The notes below the pieces were generated by a model. It did no database searches and was not told the DNA's origin. It was given only the letters and a program-made list of their open reading frames with translations. A stretch of DNA of 24,000 bases from an uncultured Candidatus Izemoplasmatales bacterium (GTDB lineage: Bacteria > Bacillota_I > Bacilli_A > Izemoplasmatales > Izemoplasmataceae): positions 100,841-124,840 of the forward strand of contig CAZCTR010000001.1 of the NCBI GenBank assembly GCA_964501715.1. The letters run 5' to 3'. Below are positions 8,407 through 16,019 of the stretch, one piece after another; the first letter of the stretch is position 1, and every line of letters begins with the position of its first letter. A program made the position numbers and the translations under genes.

Positions 8407-8420
8407 ACATAAGGTATAAT
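8391..8420 (+). promoter_or_regulatory. Promoter of tmcAL, interleaved with the divergent one
   Basis: TTTACT (8391-8396), 18-nt spacer, TATAAT (8415-8420). Confidence 0.6.
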
Positions 8421-8448
8421 GACTTTGCATGCAAAGGAGCTGAAAACG

Positions 8449-9594
8449 ATGAAAACCGCAGGCATCATAGTTGAATACAACCCCCTTCATCATGGGCACA
8501 TGCATCATTTGAAAAAAACGCGCGAGATCACCGGCGCAGATGTGATCATCGCTGTCATGAGCGGCAATGTGGTCCAAAGAGGGGAATTCGCCATCACCGA
8601 CAAGTTCACACGGACAGAGTGGGCGCTAGAAGCGGGAATCGACCTTGTCGTGGAACTCCCGGCGTTCTTCACGCTTCAGAACGCGGACCTTTTCGCATGG
8701 GCGGCGGTGTCCATCCTCGATGCCCTCGGATGTGAGACATTGGTCTTCGGCAGTGAATCCGGGGATGTCCATGCCCTCAAAGCCCAAAGTGAACTCATGC
8801 GCACCGACACATTCAACGAACGGATCAACGCGCTCATGCAGGAAGGGCATTCCTATCCTTCGGCCAACCAGATCGCGCTCGAGACACTTAGTGGAAAGAC
8901 TTTCACACAGACACCGAACGACATCCTCGGAGTCCAGTATCTGAACGCCATTCACGACTTGCGAAGCCCGATGGAGCCCAGAGCTATAGAAAGGGTCGAA
9001 AGCGGGTACTATGAAGCGTATGACCAAAACCGTTCCATTCAAAGCGCGACTTCCGTCAGACAACGCCTTCTGGAAGGAAAAGCGATAGCTTCCTCGGTTC
9101 CCGAACATGTCTACCCGTCACTTCAAAAGGGTTCCCTCAACACCCTTTCCGACTATGACCCCGTCATCCGATACCTTCTCGCAATCCACAGCAAGGAAAG
9201 CCTCGCTCGCATCTTCTCGTTTGAGGAGGGACTTGAAAGCTGGCTTCTCAGGCATCGTGACGCAACCACTCACGAGGCGCTTTTGAAATCGATGGCCACA
9301 AGGCGCTACACCCAAGCGAGAATCAAGCGTTCCATCATGCATATGATGCTGAACACAACCAAGGAAGAAGCACCTCCCTTCAATGTGCCCTACATACGCA
9401 TACTTGGTATGAGGGATGCGGGGCAGGTTTATCTCAACCGGATCAAGCATACGCTCAGTGTTCCCTTGGTGAGCAAAGTCGGTCGCATGCGCGATCCACT
9501 GCTTGAATTCGAACTGAAAACCTCGAGACTCTACGCCGTCTTCACCGATTACAGCGTGTATGAGCGGGAATTCGATCCAGTCATAATCCTATAG
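8449..9594 (+). CDS. tmcAL: tRNA(Met) cytidine acetate ligase (YlbM family)
   Basis: MKTAGIIVEYNPLHHGHMHHLKKTREITGADVIIAVMSGNVVQRGEFAITDKFTR. ATG 8449 follows AAAGGAGC; the ORF track start 8419 is upstream of the SD. Confidence 0.93.
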   Translation: MKTAGIIVEYNPLHHGHMHHLKKTREITGADVIIAVMSGNVVQRGEFAITDKFTRTEWALEAGIDLVVELPAFFTLQNADLFAWAAVSILDALGCETLVFGSESGDVHALKAQSELMRTDTFNERINALMQEGHSYPSANQIALETLSGKTFTQTPNDILGVQYLNAIHDLRSPMEPRAIERVESGYYEAYDQNRSIQSATSVRQRLLEGKAIASSVPEHVYPSLQKGSLNTLSDYDPVIRYLLAIHSKESLARIFSFEEGLESWLLRHRDATTHEALLKSMATRRYTQARIKRSIMHMMLNTTKEEAPPFNVPYIRILGMRDAGQVYLNRIKHTLSVPLVSKVGRMRDPLLEFELKTSRLYAVFTDYSVYEREFDPVIIL

Positions 9595-9602
9595 TGTTTC
9601 AT

Positions 9603-9631
9603 TTGCCCGTTCGGGCTAAATCCTCTATAAT
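9603..9631 (+). promoter_or_regulatory. Possible promoter of mrp-like gene
   Basis: TTGCCC (9603-9608), 17-nt spacer, TATAAT (9626-9631). Confidence 0.45.
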
Positions 9632-9648
9632 TGACCTCGGGTGATATT

Positions 9649-10665
9649 ATGAATGAAAAAGAAACCATCAAGAACGCTTTGGGCGACATCATCGACCCTT
9701 CGAACTCAGAGACCTTCGCGGACAACAATGCAGTACGATACGTGTCCGTCGAGGAGGACGAAAAGAAAGTCAACCTGGTCATCGGGGTTGCCAAGGATGA
9801 TGATGAAACCAAGAAGACCGTCAAGAGACGGATTGCGAAAGTCATCAAGATTGACCTGGGTTATAAAGGGCTCAAGATCGATTTTGAACCATTGAAGAAA
9901 AAAGACAGCATCGTCGATGAAACGCGAAAGATCAAATACATCGGCATTGCGAGCGGAAAAGGCGGAGTGGGGAAATCGACCGTCGCCGCAAATCTCGCAC
10001 TCGCGCTCAAACGCATCGGCAAGAAGGTTGGCATCATCGACGCCGATATCTATGGAAGTTCCATACCGACGCTTTTCGATATGAAAATCACGCTCCCAAA
10101 GGCTGACAAGGATGAAAACATCATCCCCTTCGAAACCCATGGGATTGAATTGATCTCGACGGAATTTTTCCTGAAAAAGGACCAACCCATCATGTGGCGC
10201 GGTCCCATGCTTGGTAAGATGCTCAACAATTTCTTCTATGATGTCGCTTGGAACGAAGAGATAGAATACATCGTCGTCGATCTTCCGCCGGGAACCGGAG
10301 ATGTCGCCATGGACATACAGAAACTGATTCCGGAATGCGAGATGCTCATCGTGACCACACCGCATCCGAGCGCTTCCCATATCGCCTCCCGAGCCGGATT
10401 CGCGGCACAGCAACTGAATCACTCCTTGCTGGGCGTGGTCGAGAACATGAGCCATCTGACGCACAATGGAGACACCTTGAGGATTTTCGGTGAAGGCGGC
10501 GGAAAGGAAGTCGCCGACAAACTGAAGACCGACCTGTTGCAGCAAGTCCCGATCGGCCAGCCCGAAGACGGGCATCCGGGCCTCTACGGCATGAACGAGG
10601 AAATCGGAGTGGCCTATCTGGGGCTCGCCAACAAGCTCGTCAAAGTGGTCGAACAGGATTCATGA
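9649..10665 (+). CDS. Mrp/NBP35/ApbC-family P-loop ATPase
   Basis: IGIASGKGGVGKSTVAANLALALKRIGKKVGIIDADIYGSSIPTLF, MWRGPMLGKMLNNF, DYIVVDLPPGTGDVA-like, VENMSHL, IFGEGGG. ATG 9649 preferred over TTG 9631. Confidence 0.93.
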   Translation: MNEKETIKNALGDIIDPSNSETFADNNAVRYVSVEEDEKKVNLVIGVAKDDDETKKTVKRRIAKVIKIDLGYKGLKIDFEPLKKKDSIVDETRKIKYIGIASGKGGVGKSTVAANLALALKRIGKKVGIIDADIYGSSIPTLFDMKITLPKADKDENIIPFETHGIELISTEFFLKKDQPIMWRGPMLGKMLNNFFYDVAWNEEIEYIVVDLPPGTGDVAMDIQKLIPECEMLIVTTPHPSASHIASRAGFAAQQLNHSLLGVVENMSHLTHNGDTLRIFGEGGGKEVADKLKTDLLQQVPIGQPEDGHPGLYGMNEEIGVAYLGLANKLVKVVEQDS

Positions 10666-10670
10666 ATGCA

Positions 10671-10696
10671 AAAACCGAGCATCGCTCGGTTTTTTT
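10671..10696 (+). terminator. Rho-independent terminator after mrp-like gene
   Basis: AAAACCGAGC-AT-CGCTCGGTTTTTTTT. Confidence 0.9.
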
Positions 10697-11919
10697 TATG
10701 CGCCATAAAGACGGGAAAGGGCTTTTGATCGTTTGGAGTGGATGGCCAATGCCTCCTTGTATCTAGATCGTTTGCGCGCCAATTCGATGAGCTCGGTGGC
10801 GAAATGATTGATATAGGATATTTCCTGCTTTTCAATCGCAAGCGGGAAAGCGATATCCCTTAGGTGGCTTTTATAAGTTTCCTCGCATTCCGCAAGCATG
10901 CTTTCATAGTATACTTTCTCTAATAGCGCGTCTTCTTTTGGACTTTTGAAATGCTCGCGCATTCCTTCGGGATCCCTTTTGGCGACCAATGAGAGCGCCC
11001 GATAATACCAGCAGTCCTTGATTTCGCAATAAAGCTCATCCAGCATGCTTTCGACTTCTTGGTCCTTGTTGAACAGTCGCAGTTGCATATAGCGATACAT
11101 GTTGATCAATTCCAATGGCACCATAACTTTGGGGATGGCCTGAAGCGCCTCCTGTGCGGACGACTTTGACTCGTCAATCAAGAAAAAGACATTATAAAGC
11201 TTCAGCATGATAAGGTAATCCGGTTGGTAGTACTCTGTCAGGCTCTTGATCGCCGCCGAGAAGTGACGCATGCTTTCATTTTTCTTATGAAGCTTCTGTT
11301 TAATCAGGAAAGCGTACGTTTCTCTCAGACCGTTGATGTAGTGGTCCCTATGGGAGCTGTCCTGAAGAATTTCAAGATGCTTCAGCGCTTCTGTATATTT
11401 TTGCGTGTCGAATGCATGAATCATGGAAAGCATTTCGTAAACAAGTCCCATATACCGGTTGAAGTGGCTGTTCAAGCTCCACATTTCATTCACTATCCGC
11501 CTGCTTTCCCTGTATTGTTTCTTTCCTACAGTATGCATGAGCCTGATGAGTTCACTCGTATTCAGAAGCTCCAGGTCCGCCGCCTCTTTCCTGAGAGAAA
11601 TCAGTACATTGAATTCTTGATGGTAAAACGCTTTGAATGCTCTTTTCAACACAATGGAATCCTCGAACTCCTTCGAACACAATTCGAGGTTCAATCCGCA
11701 TTTCTTGCTCATTTCCTTGATGAAGTAATCGTTTGGTGGCATCCTGTTGTTTTCAACTTTCGATAGATAACTGACACTGCATATGCCGTTCGAGAAAGAT
11801 TCCTGTGTGAGATTCATCTCTAGACGTTTCCTTTTCACGATCCCCCCCATATAGGATGGCGAGCTTTTCAGGTGATGTGTGTTGCTTCTGAAGGTATGTT
11901 GCCTTTTGTCAAAATTCAT
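10696..11919 (-). CDS. XRE-type HTH regulator with long alpha-helical TPR-like C-terminal domain (RRNPP-like architecture)
   Basis: MGGIVKRKRLEMNLTQESFSNGICSVSYLSKVENNRMPPNDYFIKEMSKKCGL (HTH) followed by ~330 aa of helical repeats; SD AGGGG upstream. Confidence 0.75.
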   Translation of the reverse strand: MNFDKRQHTFRSNTHHLKSSPSYMGGIVKRKRLEMNLTQESFSNGICSVSYLSKVENNRMPPNDYFIKEMSKKCGLNLELCSKEFEDSIVLKRAFKAFYHQEFNVLISLRKEAADLELLNTSELIRLMHTVGKKQYRESRRIVNEMWSLNSHFNRYMGLVYEMLSMIHAFDTQKYTEALKHLEILQDSSHRDHYINGLRETYAFLIKQKLHKKNESMRHFSAAIKSLTEYYQPDYLIMLKLYNVFFLIDESKSSAQEALQAIPKVMVPLELINMYRYMQLRLFNKDQEVESMLDELYCEIKDCWYYRALSLVAKRDPEGMREHFKSPKEDALLEKVYYESMLAECEETYKSHLRDIAFPLAIEKQEISYINHFATELIELARKRSRYKEALAIHSKRSKALSRLYGA

Positions 11920-12000
11920 TGTCTTCCCCTCTCGTGATGTGGATACTACCCTACACGGATTACATTAGAATAGCTTTTTTGCCAGTTGAAGCGTTTATTA

Positions 12001-12025
12001 TTGATAAAATACATGATTTTATCAA
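12001..12025. repeat. Perfect inverted repeat in the leader of the TPR/HTH regulator
   Basis: TTGATAAAAT-acatg-ATTTTATCAA: 10-nt arms, 5-nt centre. Confidence 0.8.
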
Positions 12026-12061
12026 CCCTTACATAATATCACGTAATGTGTCGTTTTTTAT

Positions 12062-12093
12062 AAAAAAATAGAGAGAAACCAATCTCTCTATTC
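12062..12093 (-). terminator. Terminator overlapping the stop codon of the small XRE gene
   Basis: Minus strand ATAGAGAGA-TTGGTT-TCTCTCTATTTTTTTA. Confidence 0.88.
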
Positions 12094-12297
12094 TGATTTG
12101 TCGTATTCCAATATATCCCCGGGCTGACACTCAAGACACTCACAGATTGCTTCGAGCGTGGAGAACCTCACGGCCTTCACTTTATCCGTTTTCAGTTTCG
12201 ATAGATTCACGACACTGATACCGGTGCATTCTGACAAGGTGTTGAGTTTCATCTTGCGGTCCGCCATGACCCTGTCAAGCCTCACTACGATTCCCAT
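12088..12297 (-). CDS. Small Cro/CI-family (YozG-like) HTH regulator
   Basis: 69 aa, MGIVVRLDRVMADRKMKLNTLSECTGISVVNLSKLKTDKVKAVRFSTLEAICECLECQPGDILEYDKSE; paired with DUF2975. Confidence 0.9.
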   Translation of the reverse strand: MGIVVRLDRVMADRKMKLNTLSECTGISVVNLSKLKTDKVKAVRFSTLEAICECLECQPGDILEYDKSE

Positions 12298-12299
12298 GT

Positions 12300-12902
12300 T
12301 TACACCGTCTCGTCAAATTCGGTCTGAAGGTATCGGCCGTATTCGAAAATCCTCATGAGGATATAAAGCAGTGCGCCAATCAGGAAATAACCCACACCCA
12401 GGTTGTAGTTCGCCTCGAGAAGACCCCCGTCGATCTGAGTGATGATCGAACGCATGAACACATAATCGAAAATGGGAATGACAATCCCGGCGATTATGAA
12501 GCCCAAAGCGATCCATTTCAAGGACGAAGTGACCTCTGAAGCGAACGGACGGGCATTTTCCACACTTGTCATAATGCGTTTCAGAAGGTAGAAAAGCCCA
12601 ACGAGGAACGCCGACCCCGCTATTGCTCTGAGCCCACCTGTAATAAGAATGCTTTTCAATGTTATGTCGCTATTGAGAATGTCATCTGAAAGATAAGCCT
12701 CGAGTTGCAGATCAAAATACTGATGGATGGTTAGCTCACTCAGGTTGAAAGTCAGAAAATCCTGAGATATGACCATTCCTGCCAAAAACACTCCAAGTCC
12801 TACCAAAGCTGCAAAAACGAAAAACCACATGGCTGCAACAGATAAGATCCTTGATGCTTTAATCAATGTCATAAACCGTCTTTCATTGAATGCCGATTGC
12901 AT
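12300..12902 (-). CDS. DUF2975 family membrane protein
   Basis: Four predicted TM helices, ARPFASEVTSSLKWIALGFIIAGI motif, adjacent small XRE gene as usual for this family. Confidence 0.82.
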   Translation of the reverse strand: MQSAFNERRFMTLIKASRILSVAAMWFFVFAALVGLGVFLAGMVISQDFLTFNLSELTIHQYFDLQLEAYLSDDILNSDITLKSILITGGLRAIAGSAFLVGLFYLLKRIMTSVENARPFASEVTSSLKWIALGFIIAGIVIPIFDYVFMRSIITQIDGGLLEANYNLGVGYFLIGALLYILMRIFEYGRYLQTEFDETV

Positions 12903-12926
12903 AAAATCATCTCCTTATATACCCGG

Positions 12927-12954
12927 ATTATAACACGCATATTTCTTATGTCAA
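12927..12954 (-). promoter_or_regulatory. Near-consensus sigA-type promoter of the DUF2975-XRE pair
   Basis: Minus strand TTGACA (12954-12949), 16-nt spacer, TATAAT (12932-12927). Confidence 0.85.
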
Positions 12955-12996
12955 TAACTTTTTAATCTTTATCGTTAATTTTTTAACAATTAAAAT

Positions 12997-13014
12997 GAGA
13001 ACCAATGGGTTCTC
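12997..13014 (-). terminator. Probable terminator hairpin overlapping the nth stop codon
   Basis: Minus strand GAGAACC-CATT-GGTTCTC followed by ATTTTAATTG (imperfect U tract). Confidence 0.5.
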
Positions 13015-13645
13015 ATCTAACATCTATATGCGGAAATCTACACCATGGTTTCAATGGACACCCGTCACACTTGGGATTTCTCGAAAGACAGTGGTAACGT
13101 CCAAAAAAAATGAACTGATGATGGGCCTTGGACCATTTTTTCTTTGGAATCTTTCGCATCAGTTTTTCTTCCACCTTGAGGGCGGAATCCTTTTTATAGG
13201 CCAGTTTCAAACGTTTGGCGACACGCCCGACATGGGTGTCGACCGCGATTCTGGGGATGCCGTGCCAGACACTAAGTACGACATTCGCGGTTTTTCGCCC
13301 GACTCCGGGCAGGCTCTCGAGTGCTTCAAGGGAATCCGGGATTTCACCGTTGTATCGTTCCCTTAGCGCCTGCGCCGCATGCATGATGTTCCTGGCCTTG
13401 TTCTTGTAAAGTCCGATGCGCCGGATGGCATTCTCCAGTTTTTCGAGGTCCGCATCCGCAAAATCATCCAATGTCTTGTAGGTGTTGAAAAGCGCCGGGG
13501 TCAAACGATTCACTGAAGCGTCTGTGGACTGTGCGCTCAGCATCACCGCCACAAGCAGTTCTATCCCGTTCGTATAATGGAGTTCGATATTGGCTTGGGG
13601 ATAAAGCCTGTCAAGGATTTCAAGGATGTCTTCTACTCGTCCCAT
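13013..13645 (-). CDS. nth: Endonuclease III
   Basis: LLVAVMLSAQSTDASVN, LPGVGRKTANVVLS, VDTHVGRVAKRL, Fe-S motif CLSRNPKCDGCPLKPWC (C-X6-C-X2-C-X5-C). Confidence 0.96.
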   Translation of the reverse strand: MGRVEDILEILDRLYPQANIELHYTNGIELLVAVMLSAQSTDASVNRLTPALFNTYKTLDDFADADLEKLENAIRRIGLYKNKARNIMHAAQALRERYNGEIPDSLEALESLPGVGRKTANVVLSVWHGIPRIAVDTHVGRVAKRLKLAYKKDSALKVEEKLMRKIPKKKWSKAHHQFIFFGRYHCLSRNPKCDGCPLKPWCRFPHIDVR

Positions 13646-14265
13646 AATTTGTAGAACTCCTTAAGCGCTTCCGGGTTTTTTTCAGGGGATTTTCTTATGG
13701 ACGCCTCACTTTTCTGCAAGTGCTTGTCAATGACCCTGAGCGTCGGGTTCTTGTATTTGAGCGCTGTGAGCGTGGCTTCTTTCAACATGTCGTAGGAATA
13801 CCCATCCTCTTCAATCCATTTCTTCACAAGCTCCATATCTAGCTGTGTAAGCGGTTTGTTCAAAGAGCTCTCCAAAAACTCCACCCAACTTGCTGTCTGG
13901 GTCCCCTTAGCTTTGGACTGCTCGCTTTGAATATGATGGATGACCTTGGAAAGAAAATAGTCCACGTTAAAGGTCTCCGTCTCTTTCCCCTCTTCATTTG
14001 TCGTCAGGGTTATATCCAGGTATCCCTTGTCCATCAAGCTGTCAAGGACCGCCTCTGTCTTCTCAGGCGATAACGATATCCACCGCGAGAATTTCTTGGG
14101 TTTGATGATGCCCTCTTTTTCCTGCAACAACCTGCGAAGTTTGATCAGGGCCATCGCCTCGGTCTCCGTGAGGTCGAATTTGTGGTAATACCTGAGGACG
14201 AGTGCGCTGAAATCGAGCACCCCGTCATCGATCAGTCGCATCAATATCTGTTTCAATTGAGTCAC
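13633..14265 (-). CDS. dnaD: DnaD-domain replication initiation protein
   Basis: N-terminal winged-helix-like region and DnaD-like C-terminal domain (LTQLDMELVKKWIEEDGYSYDMLKEATLTALKYKNPTLRVIDKHL); immediately upstream of nth as in Bacillus. Confidence 0.82.
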   Translation of the reverse strand: MTQLKQILMRLIDDGVLDFSALVLRYYHKFDLTETEAMALIKLRRLLQEKEGIIKPKKFSRWISLSPEKTEAVLDSLMDKGYLDITLTTNEEGKETETFNVDYFLSKVIHHIQSEQSKAKGTQTASWVEFLESSLNKPLTQLDMELVKKWIEEDGYSYDMLKEATLTALKYKNPTLRVIDKHLQKSEASIRKSPEKNPEALKEFYKLWDE

Positions 14266-14272
14266 CCCTTCA

Positions 14273-14953
14273 TCAGAACTTCTCGCTCTTCTTCGCCAGT
14301 TTCTTGAGCGCGAGCTCGGCAGCGTTCTGTTCGGCTTGTTTTTTGGTGTTGCCTTTGCCTTCGCCCATCAGGATCTCGTCCATATAGACACGCACCGTGA
14401 ATGTCTTGTTATGTGAGGGACCTTCCTCACTGATGACCTTGTAGACAAGCTGGCGCTTATCGGATTGGACCAGCTCCTGAAGGTGTGACTTGAAATCGGT
14501 GAAGTTGATCTCGTCGTCCTTCTTCACGACCGGGAACACTACTTTATCCGCGACTTTGTATACCTCTTCCAGGCCCTTGTCCAAGAATATCGCCCCGACA
14601 AAGGCTTCAAAGGCGTCTGCGAGAAGGGCGCGCCGGTCTCTTCCGCCGCTCTTCTCCTCACCCCTTCCAAGAAGGAGGTATTTTCCCAAATCACAGGCAC
14701 GGGCATAACGGACCAGGGCGTTCTCATAGACATAACGGGCCCTTCTTTTCGTAAGGTCTCCTTCGTTGTAATGCCTGTCTTCCTCATAAAGGTATTTGGC
14801 CAGAATCACATCCAGTACGGCATCACCCACGAATTCAAGTCTTTCGTTGGATTCCGTGTGATGCTCGTTCGCGTAGGAGGAATGCGTCAAGGCTGTCTCG
14901 AGGAGTTTTTTATTGTTGAAATCCAGATTGAAGAAAGCTTCGAGTCCATTCAC
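14273..14953 (-). CDS. rnc: Ribonuclease III
   Basis: ALTHSSYANEH, NERLEFVGDAVLD, dsRNA-binding C-terminus (NKTFTVRVYMDEILMGEGKGNTKKQAEQNAAELALKKL). Confidence 0.97.
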   Translation of the reverse strand: MNGLEAFFNLDFNNKKLLETALTHSSYANEHHTESNERLEFVGDAVLDVILAKYLYEEDRHYNEGDLTKRRARYVYENALVRYARACDLGKYLLLGRGEEKSGGRDRRALLADAFEAFVGAIFLDKGLEEVYKVADKVVFPVVKKDDEINFTDFKSHLQELVQSDKRQLVYKVISEEGPSHNKTFTVRVYMDEILMGEGKGNTKKQAEQNAAELALKKLAKKSEKF

Positions 14954-15951
14954 GGCGTTTCATCCTCCCCGATTCTGTTTGACACTTTCCCGATCACATC
15001 TTGTCGGACAATGTTGGCGGCCTGTACGATTGCGTTGGAAAACCCGTCTTTCTTGGACGCGCCCTGCGCTTTGATCACCGGTGCCCTTAGACCCATGATC
15101 ATCGCACCACCGATTTCCGAAGGGGACATACGCTTTTTGAAACGTTTCAAGTTCCCGGCCGAAAAAAGGAGGCCGAGTTTGCCGAAAAACCCCTTCGAGA
15201 GTTCCTGTTTAAGCATCGTGCCCATACCTTTTGCAGTACCTTCGATGGTTTTCATGACTATGTTGGCGGTAAAGCCGTCGCTGATCATGATCGGAGCCGG
15301 CGGGTCGAGAATTTCCTTCGGTTCCACATTCCCATAGAACGACAGGTTCTTGGACGCCTCGAAAAGCTGTGCGGCCTGTTTGTCGAGTTCGCGTCCCTTG
15401 CCCTCTTCCGAGCCGATGTTGATGAGACCAACCTTGGGATCCTTGATGCCCAGGACCTCTTCGGCGTAAACAGTTGCGAAATTGGCTTGATGCACCATGA
15501 ATTCAGGTTTGATTTCAAGATTTCCACCCGCGTCAAGCAGAATAAAAGGTTTGCCGCTCACTGTGGGAAGCACCGGCGCGATGGCGGTACGCTTCATCGA
15601 CTTCATGCGCCCCACAAGAATGTGGGCACCTGCGATGAGCGCCTGGGTCGCCCCACTTGATACGGCTGCGTCATTCGGACCTTTGCGTACACTGCTCAAA
15701 GTCAAAGCCATAGAGGATTTACGGTTCTTCCTGATGGCGCTGATCGGGTCTTTTTCACCCATTTCAATCGTGCCTTCGGATGCCTCGATGTTGATACGGG
15801 TGTCATCCTTCAGATATTTCTTTATGGCTTCAGGGTCCCCATAAAGGGTTATCTCCACATCGGATAGCTTCTTTATCGCTTCCATGGCTCCTTCAACTTG
15901 CTCTTTGGGAGCATAATCGCCACCCATGGCATCTACAGCAATCTTAATCAT
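14950..15951 (-). CDS. plsX: Phosphate acyltransferase PlsX
   Basis: MIKIAVDAMGGDYAPKEQVEGA, VSSGATQALIAGA, LDAGGNLEIKPE, INIGSEEGKG; ATGA overlap with rnc. Confidence 0.96.
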   Translation of the reverse strand: MIKIAVDAMGGDYAPKEQVEGAMEAIKKLSDVEITLYGDPEAIKKYLKDDTRINIEASEGTIEMGEKDPISAIRKNRKSSMALTLSSVRKGPNDAAVSSGATQALIAGAHILVGRMKSMKRTAIAPVLPTVSGKPFILLDAGGNLEIKPEFMVHQANFATVYAEEVLGIKDPKVGLINIGSEEGKGRELDKQAAQLFEASKNLSFYGNVEPKEILDPPAPIMISDGFTANIVMKTIEGTAKGMGTMLKQELSKGFFGKLGLLFSAGNLKRFKKRMSPSEIGGAMIMGLRAPVIKAQGASKKDGFSNAIVQAANIVRQDVIGKVSNRIGEDETP

Positions 15952-16019
15952 ACAAACACCTCATCTATTTGGTTTCTTCATTCATTATAGCATACTTGAA
16001 ATGGCTTGTGTCGATTGCT

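Noticed and set aside
8626-9108. 160-aa minus-strand ORF
   Set aside because: Antisense to tmcAL; no SD or family signature.
9706-10575. 289-aa minus-strand ORF
   Set aside because: Fully antisense to the well supported Mrp-family gene; residue pattern is a mirror of its codon bias and matches no family I recognise.
12313-12516. 67-aa minus-strand ORF
   Set aside because: Alternate frame wholly inside the DUF2975 gene.
12088-12902. XRE + membrane protein pair considered as a toxin-antitoxin or phage module
   Set aside because: Matches the common YozG-like/DUF2975 pairing; no toxin-like domain or neighbouring mobile genes.
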